A program made the position numbers and the translations under genes. From a virus (Duplodnaviria; Caudoviricetes): a stretch of 64,000 nt of DNA. Positions within the stretch are counted from its first letter, which is position 1; every line of letters begins with the position of its first letter. The stretch lies in the IMG/VR virus record IMGVR_UViG_3300020577_003313; one strand, written 5' to 3'. This document shows positions 44,256 through 53,456 of this stretch, one piece after another. The notes below the pieces were generated by a model, which did not search any database, was not told where the DNA came from, and saw only the letters and a list, made by a program, of their open reading frames with translations.

Positions 44256-44696
44256 TTACTCGATATGAGTCACAACATTGTACTCGTCAATCTCGTCTTG
44301 AAGCGCGGCAATTCGCGCCTCGATATCCGAGATCATAGATGCTTGGGTTGCCTTGTCGATACCGACAAGGACATCAACATAGACTTCACTGGAATAACTA
44401 CCCTTCGGCACTGGAGTGCCACTAGTAGTCAGGCCCTTGATCAGTCCCAGGGTAGATCTAAGCTGGTCCATCCTGGCCAGCTTTTCGGCAATAGGAGCCG
44501 ACGCCTTGGCAATTTTGCCCTTTAAGGTAGCCAGCTGAACACTGGCTTCTGTGTAAGAAGCATATGCCTTCTTAATGTCGGTCTTTCCGCCGACATCGTC
44601 CACTCTCTGGACGTTTTCCTTGGTAATCAACTCCTTGAGAGAGTTGATGGCCTTGAGATAGCGATTCTTTTCTTTAAGAGCTCGTGCGATGTTCAT
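44256..44696 (-). CDS. DIP1984-like coiled-coil protein
   Basis: MNIARALKEKNR...LKGKIAKAS...IAALQDEIDEYNVVTHI resembles that family as recalled. Confidence 0.5.
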   Translation of the reverse strand: MNIARALKEKNRYLKAINSLKELITKENVQRVDDVGGKTDIKKAYASYTEASVQLATLKGKIAKASAPIAEKLARMDQLRSTLGLIKGLTTSGTPVPKGSYSSEVYVDVLVGIDKATQASMISDIEARIAALQDEIDEYNVVTHIE

Positions 44697-44728
44697 ATAA
44701 ACGTGATATGTGTATATTATTATTTATG

Positions 44729-44808
44729 TGGTCCCTAGGGTGGGAATTGAACCCACATGTATCCAATTAACCTTTCTATCGCGTATCAGGCGAAGGGTAT
44801 ACCTAGGG
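44729..44808 (-). tRNA. Atypical D-armless tRNA-Ile(GAU)-like RNA
   Basis: Acceptor CCCTAGG/CCTAGGG+ACCA, TCGC-CT GAT AC-GCGA, T arm GTGGG-TTCAATT-CCCAC; only 8 nt where the D arm belongs. Confidence 0.65.
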
Positions 44809-44815
44809 TAAAACT

Positions 44816-45286
44816 ATGAATCAATGTCAAAATAAAGACTGCAACAAAGAGACTAAAAATCCAAGATTTTGCTCAAAATCCTGTTCTGCAATAGTAACAG
44901 GATCAGAAAGTCATAAACGAAAAAGAACTAAAACTTGTAAAGTATGTAGTGCTTTAATTACGTCAGAAAAAACTTTCTGTAGTAATCTCTGTTACTCTAA
45001 AGGTAGAGCAAAACGAAGAACTACTAAGCCAATTGGTTATGAGAGAGTAAAAAATTTCAGAGCTAGATTGAAGCAACAAAGTATTGACTACAAAGGCGGA
45101 AAATGTAGTATTTGTGCTTACTCTAAATGTACAAAAGCTCTTGAGTTTCACCATTTAGATCCTACTCAAAAGGATTTTGTAATCAGTAGTGTTTCTAAAT
45201 CATTTGAAGCAATAAAATATGAACTAGATAAGTGTATTTTAGTTTGTGCAAATTGTCATAGAGAAATACATGACAAAATGCTCTAA
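44816..45286 (+). CDS. HNH endonuclease (tRNA-Ile cassette)
   Basis: YKGGKC..C, LEFHHLDP, KCILVCANCHREIH; N-terminal FCSKSC zinc fingers. Confidence 0.88.
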   Translation: MNQCQNKDCNKETKNPRFCSKSCSAIVTGSESHKRKRTKTCKVCSALITSEKTFCSNLCYSKGRAKRRTTKPIGYERVKNFRARLKQQSIDYKGGKCSICAYSKCTKALEFHHLDPTQKDFVISSVSKSFEAIKYELDKCILVCANCHREIHDKML

Positions 45287-45305
45287 CCAACTGAGCTACC
45301 CAGGG
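45279..45305 (-). pseudogene. Orphan tRNA 5' fragment (acceptor 5' strand + D arm)
   Basis: CCCTGGG-TA-GCTC-AGTTGGTTA-GAGC-A; pairs 7/7 (one G-U) with the 3' acceptor strand at 44733-44739. Confidence 0.8.
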
Positions 45306-47893
45306 TTAAGAAGAAGTCCTTAGACTTCTTCGATCACTTCGAAACTGTCATTGTCGAAGATGGTAAGACTAACGTTCTTAGTCTTAAGTTCGTGAAACCT
45401 TCTGAAGGTATTGATGATACTCTTCAGTTCCTTCATCTTAGCTTTGATGAACTTTTCTCCCTTTACCTTTTCCTTAAGGTTCTTGGAGACATAGTTAGTT
45501 CGCTCATATCCGAGATCATCGAGCATGATCACGAAATCTGAGTGAGACATTCCACTGTTCAAACAATTGAGAATTGTAGCTTGATTGTTCTTGAAGAACG
45601 TGCTGTGCTGAATCTTAGCACAGATCTCAATGCAGCTAAGCTTAGCTGCGTTGTAGTTTACCTTGTGGTCATTGAGGAACTTACCCCAAATATAACAACG
45701 AGGCGCGCTGATCTTGTACCTAGCCTGAAGGGCTAGACACAGCGAATTAACAGTGTGGGGGGTTTGACCTTCGAGCATACCTTCAACGAAGGTATAGACT
45801 GCCGTGCAGAGGGTACGCCAAGAATTACGCTCCTGTCTATGCGCAACCTTGTAAATTCGTGCAGCGTCTTCGATCTTAGTTAGAAGTTCGTTCTTAACGA
45901 GAGTCGTCATATTTTAAGTATCTAGAAATTTCTCTATATCGTTGATAGGAATGTATCCTAAATGATAAAGCCTATCAGCAATTACCTTTTTAACAGCATT
46001 AGCATCTAGGTTCCTTTCAGATAGATATTCATAAATATCTAAAAGTTCTTCCTTGATGTCTTGAGGCTTATTGAAAGGCCAATTGTGATCTTTATCCATT
46101 AGGTCCATAAGTGAAAGAAAATTTCTGAAAAAGCTTGCAGCCCTTCGTCAATTTCTTTATTTCCTGCTTTAACGAGAGGATCATAGTAATTTTCCATTGA
46201 GTTCAGAAAATTAAACACTCTCTTGGCTAATTTTAGCTTTCTTTGAAACTCTGGATCTGGGCATGCATGTTCAAAAGCATTCAATCTTGGAGCGATGAAT
46301 CTGACGAAAGTTTCATCAAGATTCCATAGCTCGGTATCATCAAAGCCGCGCTTCTTTAGTTGCTTCCTATATTTCTTGATTCTTTTATCATTCTTTGGAA
46401 GGGTATGGAGATACCCATGGTATCTAACTGGCTTTTTCATTTTACTCTGATTTCCATTTGATAAACTTTCTGATGGATTTAGCTACTTCTTTGGCAGTAG
46501 TTTTGTTGCTCATAGGAATCATCTCTTTAGCCCATGGCATATAGAGAGTTCCAGGAACAAATAGCCCATTCAGCTCGCTGCCGGTAATTCCAAAGAAATC
46601 ACATACTTGCTCATGCCAATCTTCACCTCTTTTTTCAGGAAGATCCTTACGGGCTACTAGAAGGAAGTCGTAGTACTCTTCCCATTTCCAAGTCTTTGGG
46701 AAGACTTTTGGAGTCCAGCCAATAGCGCAGCATACTGTGCCGCACTCATGGCCTCTGACCTTCTTACTGAAGGTTACGATTTCAGAGAAATCGAACTTAC
46801 TTGCTGGAAGCTTCTCAAGAAATCTTGCGAGCTTTAGAAGTCTTCTTCTTTGTGTCAGGTTCATGTTTCACCAAAGACAGATATGCGACGCGCCTGACGT
46901 TAAGGTCAAGCTCTTCTCTAAGCTGATAAGTACTTAAGTAACTCAGAAGACTTTTACCAATTTTTAGATAAAGGTAATCGTTATAACCTGGTCTGCGTTC
47001 AAATTTTACACAGAACCCCTTTGGTTTTCTGTTAGAGATTCTAACTTTGAACCCTGTTGGATTCTTTTCCAAGGACTTCCAAATTCTTTTTGGAAGATAT
47101 TTTTTTAGCCCTGCTGCACAAAAGCTTTGAATACAGTCATTAGGTTTAACGCCCAGCTCCCAGAATCTAAGCTTGCAAATATTATCATTAATGTATCTAA
47201 AATCTACAAGAATTTGATTCTTCACTAGATTTCCTTCTTCTTATTCCAAGAAATCTTTAAGATATGCTGTTGACGTATACTAGGATCGTCTAGTACTGCT
47301 CCATCAATTACATTATATCCAAGTTCTTTCAGTTTTTGTGATACATTATTTGTGATGATTAGAATATCATCAGAAAAAAGATATTGCGCGCCGGAACAAG
47401 TGTTCCAAATATCAATAGATGTTGAGTCGCATCCTAAGTTAGCTAACTTGGTGATACAATTAAAAGCTTCTTGGTAAGCTTTATCTTGATAGCTAATTAG
47501 CTCCTTGATTTTCAGCTGTTCCCGCTCTTTTCTCTTTTTCTCTGCAATAGCTTGAGCGTCTTTAGCGGTAATTAAGTTCTTCACTTCTTTGCAGTTCCTT
47601 CCCAACGCACATCGCGCGGGATGTAGGTTACAGAAGAATGGACGGCCGACGCGCCGTCCCTGTCAAGAACAAGAAAGATATAGCCCTGCTTGCTAGGGAG
47701 CTCAAACATGAACATCCCATCAGTAGTAGGCAGATCGGAGATCTGCTTAAACTCAAGATGAGGAGGAGCAGCCTGCGGAGCGGGCGGCTTTTGTGGGTAA
47801 GCCATACCCACGATTCCAAAAATCGTGAACAGAATCATCACAAAGAGAAGACAGCCTTCAAGTTTAGGACGGTAGTTCATAATTTTGATTAAA

Positions 47894-47970
47894 TGGCGCT
47901 TCCCCTAGGAATCGAACCTAGAACCCCCAGATTAACAGTCTAGTGCTCTAACCAGTTGAGCTAGGGAAGC
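47894..47970 (-). tRNA. tRNA-Asn(GUU)
   Basis: Cloverleaf, CT-GTT-AA, GCCA end. Confidence 0.9.
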
Positions 47971-47976
47971 AAGAAA

Positions 47977-48411
47977 TGGCGGGAGTGATGGGACTCGAAC
48001 CCATCTACTTAGCGTGCTCTATTCTGTGACAGTTAGCACACAAAACTATACATTTAGCTATCTCATTTTTGAGACGCTCATCTGACCATGTTTTAGATAC
48101 AGCTTTAGATACATCTAGGTCTTTTTGACTAGGGTCAAGATGATGAAATTCCAATGCTATTGGATTTGAGAATCCACATTTAAAGCACGGATGTTGTAAT
48201 TTGTACTCATTGATTAGAGTCTTTAGTTCTAATCTTCTTTGTCTTGTCCAATTAGTGGATCTTTTATGATGAGTACTCTTATGGTTTTGATACCATTTAT
48301 TCCAAGTGGCTTTTCTTACTTCTGGATCTTTACTGGGCATACAACCATATACGATTGTACTACACAAAAAGATCGACAATCTATTGCACTAACCAATTGT
48401 GCTACACCCCC
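47977..48411 (-). pseudogene. tRNA-Asp(GUC) split by an HNH gene (5' part 48411-48370, 3' part 48004-47977)
   Basis: GGGGGTG pairs with CACTCCC; D arm and TT-GTC-GA loop on one side, T arm + GCCA on the other. Confidence 0.85.
48005..48340 (-). CDS. HNH endonuclease inside tRNA-Asp
   Basis: PCFKCG, LEFHHLDP, KCIVLCANCHRIEH; ATG at 48340 preferred because the track start lies inside the tRNA. Confidence 0.88.
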   Translation of the reverse strand: MPSKDPEVRKATWNKWYQNHKSTHHKRSTNWTRQRRLELKTLINEYKLQHPCFKCGFSNPIALEFHHLDPSQKDLDVSKAVSKTWSDERLKNEIAKCIVLCANCHRIEHAK

Positions 48412-48415
48412 AGAT

Positions 48416-48488
48416 TGGAGCGGTCTAAGGGATTCGAACCCTCTTCATTTGCTTGGAAGGCAAAGTCCTCTCCCAGGAGAAAGACCGC
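48416..48488 (-). tRNA. tRNA-Gly(UCC), shortened D arm
   Basis: GCGGTCT/AGACCGC, CT-TCC-AA, U73 + CCA. Confidence 0.8.
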
Positions 48489-48491
48489 ATA

Positions 48492-48606
48492 TGGTGGGTT
48501 GAACGTCACCACTCCTAGTCCCAGTATTAAGAGATGGGCCTCTATCTAGATGCGAATAATACGCTTAATGTTGGTCAAGAGAAGCTAGTAACGTGATTAG
48601 GAACCC
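48492..48606 (-). ncRNA. Putative 115-nt CCA-ended non-tRNA RNA
   Basis: GGGTT/AACCC+ACCA ends, TCAC/GTGA and CTAG/CTAG helices, three internal hairpins, no T or anticodon arm. Confidence 0.45.
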
Positions 48607-48649
48607 AGCTTCACCGTCCGTAGTTCTCCTACGGCCCTATTTTAAGCAT

Positions 48650-48734
48650 TGGTGGGAATGGCAGGACTCGAACCTGCGTAAGTCAGAGACGGTGGATTTA
48701 CAGTCCACTGGAATTGCCGCTATCCCACATTCCC
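48650..48734 (-). tRNA. tRNA-Tyr(GUA)
   Basis: CT-GTA-AA, long variable arm, ACCA. Confidence 0.9.
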
Positions 48735-49029
48735 GTGCGTCACTATTCGGTAGTGACGGGATAATTTGTCTTACCATCAAGATTTGCAAGATACTCAGCT
48801 ATAGAAAGAATAGCAACTTGCCTAGTACTTGAAAACATATCTTTACTTACAGCAGAATCAAACCATTCCGCTGCTTTTTTAATGTATTTATTTTCCATAT
48901 TGGGCTCATTCTTAGAGAAATATAATTTGATGGCATCTTTGGGACATTTAGGGCACGTTCCTTTGTATGTGCCTTCAACATGTGCTCCACAATAAATGCA
49001 TTTCGTTTTTCCCATATAGAAATCAAGTC

Positions 49030-49875
49030 TCAAACATAGAGCTTGATGTGCATCTCAATGTCTTTAGGATCCATAATGACCGCGCATTCGTCCTGACGGA
49101 CGCAATCATGTGTCATATCACGCTGGAATTTAAAATCAAAGCAGGCGCGATTTGGAACATCTCCAATCTTAAGGTGAAGACTACCAGGTTCTTCGTCGTT
49201 ATCGTAGATAAGGAAGTATTTTCCACGAGGAATATCGCCGATCCTCATTAGAGAAGGCTTATTCTTGCGAATATATTGAATTTTAACGCTCATTTTTATA
49301 TCCTAGAAAATAGAGTTCAGTTCTCTAAATAGAGAATTTGATATCCATCTCAATGTTTTCAGGCTGAACAATGATTGCGCAGGTATCAATTCGAGCATCA
49401 AGATGATCTACGTAAATACCTCTTCTCAGATCAAAATTGGCTCTGTTTGAGATAGGTCCAACCTTAACGAAGAGTTCTCTTCCATCTGAACTACAAGAGC
49501 CATGTGTAATAGTAAAGTACGATCCTTCGGGAATATCGTCAATTCTCCGCAGTCTAGAAGCTTTACTAGGAAGACGTTCAATTTTTACGTTCATTTTTAT
49601 ATCTTATAGGATTTGACTATTTACATAGAAAACTTAATATCCATTTGGATATTATCGTTTTTCAGAATAACCGCGCAAGGATCTTTGAAGCAATCTTCGT
49701 GACTAAGAACTGTCCCAAGTCCCAGACAAAAACAAGTCCGAAATGGCGGTTCTTTCATCTTGAGATAGAGATTAGTAGGACCTCCGCAGGCAACAGTAAA
49801 AAACCTGCCAGCAGGAATGTCACCAATAGAAATTAGCTTAGGATGGCCAGGAATACACTCGATTTTTACTTTCAT
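49030..49875 (-). repeat. Three tandem paralogous ~85-aa genes (49030-49293, 49325-49594, 49621-49875)
   Basis: M.VKI...I(G/D)DIP.G.(Y/F)F...CA.I....I.M.IK. Confidence 0.75.
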
Positions 49876-50327
49876 GTTTGTATATCAAAGAATGAATTTC
49901 GATTTTATTAAGAACCATCCGCACCCGAAATCCTAACTTCAGATGGTAATCCCTGTGTACTATAATCTCAGAGGAAGCCGGGCTGAAAATAGCTACTAGC
50001 AGTTCCCCAGATCACTTTAGAATCTTCTTGTTTATATTCTGGCTGAAACAATTTATGCAGAATATTGTATTCGCTTTCTGTAATCGGCATTACAGTAATA
50101 TCTGCTATCCATTGACTAAACGAAAGATCATCCCAGCCTTCATTAGTACCAAAATAGATACTAAAAAGACCGTGCTGAAGGTAATGCTCTTTAATTTGAT
50201 CTTGAAGTTCTTGCCACTCAGACAGTGGCATAGCTGCAAAAGCACTACTAGTAAATTCGTCTGCCCAATCTTTTTGAACTGTAGCAAGAATATAGCTTTT
50301 TTCAGACATGGATCTAGTTTATAGAAA

Positions 50328-50404
50328 TGGTGGAGCTTCCGGGTACCGCCCCCGGCTGATACCTGCTTGCAAAGCAGGGGATCACTCTTGCAATCCCAAG
50401 CCCC
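50328..50404 (-). tRNA. tRNA-Ala(UGC) with non-canonical T and D loops
   Basis: G3:U70 pair, TT-TGC-AA, T-loop GGCGGTA, ACCA. Confidence 0.8.
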
Positions 50405-50411
50405 TCGGTAT

Positions 50412-50487
50412 TGGTACCCTGTAGGAGATTCGAACTCCTTTCTACAGATTGAAAGTCTATTATTCTAGCCGATTAAACTAACAGGGC
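50412..50487 (-). tRNA. tRNA-Glu(UUC)
   Basis: Cloverleaf, CT-TTC-AA, ACCA. Confidence 0.88.
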
Positions 50488-50491
50488 GCCC

Positions 50492-50932
50492 TTAGGCTTT
50501 AAGACAAGCATTTAGCTTCCAAGCTAACTTGCTTTGGTCCATTAACTTGCCTTGCAAGTAGTTCTGTAATCCAAGTTTCTTTTCTTTGCCTGCCAGACCA
50601 GATAGCTCAGTTCCTAGTTCGATAATTTTTTGATTATCATCTCTTAGTAGACTTAGCATGGTCGGCGCGTCTTGGATTGCGTTAACCTGATCATCTATAG
50701 TAGTGAGTTCTTTGAATCTAGCCAAAGAACCGGGAGCATAGCTCCCTAGCTGTCTGATTTGCTCAGCAATATCATCTACAGCTTCATAGTAGTCTGTATA
50801 GATGTCACTTAAAAAAGCGTGCATCTCGTTGAAGTTTATACCTTCAACATTCCAGTGAAAATTATGAGCTTTTAGGTATACACTAAAGCAGCTAGCTAGG
50901 TACACCTTCATTTTTTGTATTAGTTCGTCCAT
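50492..50932 (-). CDS. dps: Dps/ferritin-like protein
   Basis: KAHNFHWNVEG.NF.EMH, DDIAEQIRQLG. Confidence 0.88.
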   Translation of the reverse strand: MDELIQKMKVYLASCFSVYLKAHNFHWNVEGINFNEMHAFLSDIYTDYYEAVDDIAEQIRQLGSYAPGSLARFKELTTIDDQVNAIQDAPTMLSLLRDDNQKIIELGTELSGLAGKEKKLGLQNYLQGKLMDQSKLAWKLNACLKA

Positions 50933-50995
50933 ATTACTATCCTACCGATATAATCGGTATACGAACTAGAATACAAGCACTGGAAATTTTTTTGC

Positions 50996-51728
50996 TTACT
51001 TATAGTAAGCCTTGAAAGGACCACGGATAACCGTGTACTGGTAAGGATCCTTACAGATAAGAGTCCTACTTTTGACTCTGACATTAGGCCAGTCCTTCCA
51101 AGGACTGCCATCTTTGCATTCCAGAGTGTTCAGCATACGATATGGCTGACCCCATCTAGCAATGAGAAATTTACCGCTGATAGGATTTTCGTAGTAATTT
51201 GAGACTTTACAAGAACCTTCGAACATCCTACCGTCTTCGAGAATGTAACGAATAGGTTCACCCTTGATTTCAAGGGTATAAGAATTGAGAACCTTCGGTT
51301 TCTTCTTAGAAACCTTAGGAAGTTTCAAGATCCCGTATTGATCGACATACAAGCTATGCCTTGGGATCCAAAGGCAAAAGAATGCGTTGCCAGCTAACTC
51401 TGCAAGGAATCTTCCCATCATAGATGGGATATCTTTCAACCCAATCATTGATGTGATCTCTGATATGGTTGCCAGCCATGCCTCGGAAGTCGAGCTCAGA
51501 GATCTCAGACCAGACCTTATTCCAAGGTCTGTTCACTTGCTTCCACAGCCATCGCTTGATGGGAGGAAGACGATCGAGAAATCGTGCTCGGACACTCTCG
51601 CTCTTACCCCGAATGGGGTCGCGCATCGACTCTCGTTCAGGCAGATCTTCCAGATCTTTATCCCGACCCTTCCTGATGATATACTTGTACCGACCCGCTT
51701 CAGTGACGATTTCGTGAAAGTCTTTCAT
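50996..51728 (-). other. Probably one gene split over two frames (51354-51728 and 50996-51448)
   Basis: N-part RWLWKQVNRPWNKVWSEI...HIRDHI; the expected LYVD..GIL motif continues in the +1 frame at the TAG. Confidence 0.35.
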
Positions 51729-51738
51729 AGAAAAAAGA

Positions 51739-51805
51739 TCCTAGATAAAAATTGATAAGAGTGTTCATCATTAATGGTAATGTACTCCTACCGAGCATTC
51801 TAGGA
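51739..51805 (-). ncRNA. Minimal Y-RNA-like gene (67 nt)
   Basis: 7-bp terminal stem, ATGCT/TTTTTA internal loop, second stem, TACAT; same scaffold as 53123 and 53322. Confidence 0.7.
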
Positions 51806-51807
51806 AT

Positions 51808-51886
51808 TGGTAACGGGGGCGGGATTTGAACCCGCGAATGCTAGGTTATGAGCCTAGAGACTTGGACCAGACTTGTCGACCCCGCG
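51808..51886 (-). tRNA. tRNA-Met(CAU), initiator-like
   Basis: C1:U72 mismatch, CGCGGGG start, CT-CAT-AA, ACCA; only two of the three typical G-C anticodon-stem pairs. Confidence 0.8.
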
Positions 51887-51948
51887 GTACTAACTGTCTA
51901 ACACAGATGTACGCTTACTAAAGCATACATCTATATTTTTTTAGCAAA

Positions 51949-53073
51949 CTAGTTGCCGAGGTTCTTCAGCGACTGTCCAGTGAAGTACAGCACCTCTGTA
52001 CCTGCAACTAGCTTGCGGTTCCAAGAAGTCGATCTGACATAGACCGTCCACTTGGCACTAAATGCTGGATTCAGCTTGATAGTCCCACCAGCTGGGATAC
52101 CGAGCAGATCACGTGCGTGTTCCCCTGCATATAGGGAACCAGTTGAGTTTTCCTTGATGACAAGATCCTTGAAATCCTGAACGGTTTCAGCCTTAGTAAG
52201 CTGGTAGAAGCCTCTACCAACTTCATAAGTGACACCCTTCTTTCTGAAGAAATCAGAAATTACAAGGTTGTCATTGGCTTTCACAAAGAAAGCCATAAAC
52301 TGGTTACTGACATTAGTCAGATTTCTCTTTACATCAGTCTTAGTCAGGTCTTCGACCTGAGGAATGAAGAAAGATCTATTGCTAAAGCTATCGTTAGCAT
52401 AGCAAGCATATGTAGCTTGGATGCCTCTAGTGACATTCTTGGCCACTTCAGAGTATCCCTTCTTAGACTGTTCCCATTCGGTAATACAGCCTTTTGGAAT
52501 ACCGAAGTTAGCCGCAGTATCTGTAGCTCCAGGAGGAACACAGAAAGCAAACGTCCACTTATCAGTAGCAAGGGCAGTCAAGATTGCATTCTTGCAATCT
52601 TCAGTAGTGTTCTTAGAGCAATTCTCTTGACCATCAGTCAAGACAATCAGCATGTTAGCATCGTTCTTGGAACTATGCTTTTCGATATGCTGGATGCTCT
52701 CAACAACTGCATCACGAAGCGGCGTTCCGCCATCAGTGATATAGCTACTTTCATCGACCTCGCCGAGGTCCTTGATATTCTCGAACTGAGAAAGTTCGAT
52801 GTTAGCTCCGGCCTTCCAAGTCAATCCTCTGCCAACTTCAACTGTGTTGAATGTGCCAATTGCAAGAAGAGTTTCCTTGAGACCAGGAATCTTCTTCTCG
52901 GAGTTTTCCTTGATAGCTTGGAGCTGAGTATTCACAGCATTCAGGGTATCCTTAGTCCAAGATCTCATGGAACCCGATGCATCAATCATGATTACAACAT
53001 TAACGTTGTAAGGAGCATTCTTTGCCTTCTTCTTAAAGGCGATAGTCTTATTCTTCTTCTTAGTCTTGATCAT
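51949..53073 (-). CDS. vWA-domain protein with C-terminal GRGFYQLTK...STS.NRKL domain
   Basis: DASGS, GGTPLRDA, LTDGQEN. Confidence 0.8.
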   Translation of the reverse strand: MIKTKKKNKTIAFKKKAKNAPYNVNVVIMIDASGSMRSWTKDTLNAVNTQLQAIKENSEKKIPGLKETLLAIGTFNTVEVGRGLTWKAGANIELSQFENIKDLGEVDESSYITDGGTPLRDAVVESIQHIEKHSSKNDANMLIVLTDGQENCSKNTTEDCKNAILTALATDKWTFAFCVPPGATDTAANFGIPKGCITEWEQSKKGYSEVAKNVTRGIQATYACYANDSFSNRSFFIPQVEDLTKTDVKRNLTNVSNQFMAFFVKANDNLVISDFFRKKGVTYEVGRGFYQLTKAETVQDFKDLVIKENSTGSLYAGEHARDLLGIPAGGTIKLNPAFSAKWTVYVRSTSWNRKLVAGTEVLYFTGQSLKNLGN

Positions 53074-53122
53074 TGTTACCTTAGCGCAAAGTTATTTCCT
53101 AAAAGTATTTAGGAAAAAAGTA

Positions 53123-53252
53123 TCCTGAATAAAAATTGATAAGTCGTTTACGCGTTCTACCAATTGAACTACGACCGCATGGTGCGGTCGGTAGGACTCG
53201 AACCTACAACCTCGATCTCCAAAAGATGTAGACCTATCGGAGCATTTCAGGA
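53123..53252 (-). ncRNA. YrlA-type Y RNA with circularly permuted tRNA-like domain (130 nt)
   Basis: Order T arm (GTAGG-TTCGAGT-CCTAC), closed acceptor CGACCGC-ACCAT-GCGGTCG, D arm (GTTC-AATTGGTA-GAAC) inside a terminal stem; near Ro60. Confidence 0.85.
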
Positions 53253-53253
53253 A

Positions 53254-53314
53254 TGGGCGGGTGTGCTAGATTTAAACTAGCATAGCTAAGCTGTTTTGAT
53301 TAAACTAACACCCG
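53254..53314 (-). ncRNA. 61-nt anticodon-less mini-tRNA
   Basis: CGGGTGT/ACACCCG+CCCA, D-like and T-like arms, anticodon arm reduced to AGCTTAGCT. Confidence 0.6.
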
Positions 53315-53321
53315 AAAAAAA

Positions 53322-53437
53322 ACTCAGATAAAAACGTTGAGATGATTGCCTCCCCGGAACCGTCCTAGGCATGCACGAGTCGAACGTGCTCAGGGTTCTA
53401 TTCTAAGTAAAATGTAATCCCAACAAGCATTCTGAGT
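53322..53437 (-). ncRNA. Y-RNA-like gene with T arm (116 nt)
   Basis: ACTCAGA/TCTGAGT stem, ATGCT/TTTTTA loop, TACAT, GCACG-TTCGACT-CGTGC; 19 nt after the Ro60 stop. Confidence 0.75.
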
Positions 53438-53456
53438 ATACTCAATACGATTCTGA

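Noticed and set aside
48005-48369. Group I intron in tRNA-Asp
   Set aside because: The insert is nearly all ORF and lacks the P/Q/R/S elements that are obvious in the recA intron.
49913-49950. Small ribozyme or riboswitch upstream of the paralogue triplet
   Set aside because: One stem (ACCATCTG/CGGATGGT) is visible but I could not build a pseudoknot or match a known motif.
53145-53215. Two tandem tRNA genes, or another split tRNA
   Set aside because: The 3' half precedes the 5' half and both sit inside a stem shared with two other elements next to Ro60; better explained as a YrlA-type Y RNA.
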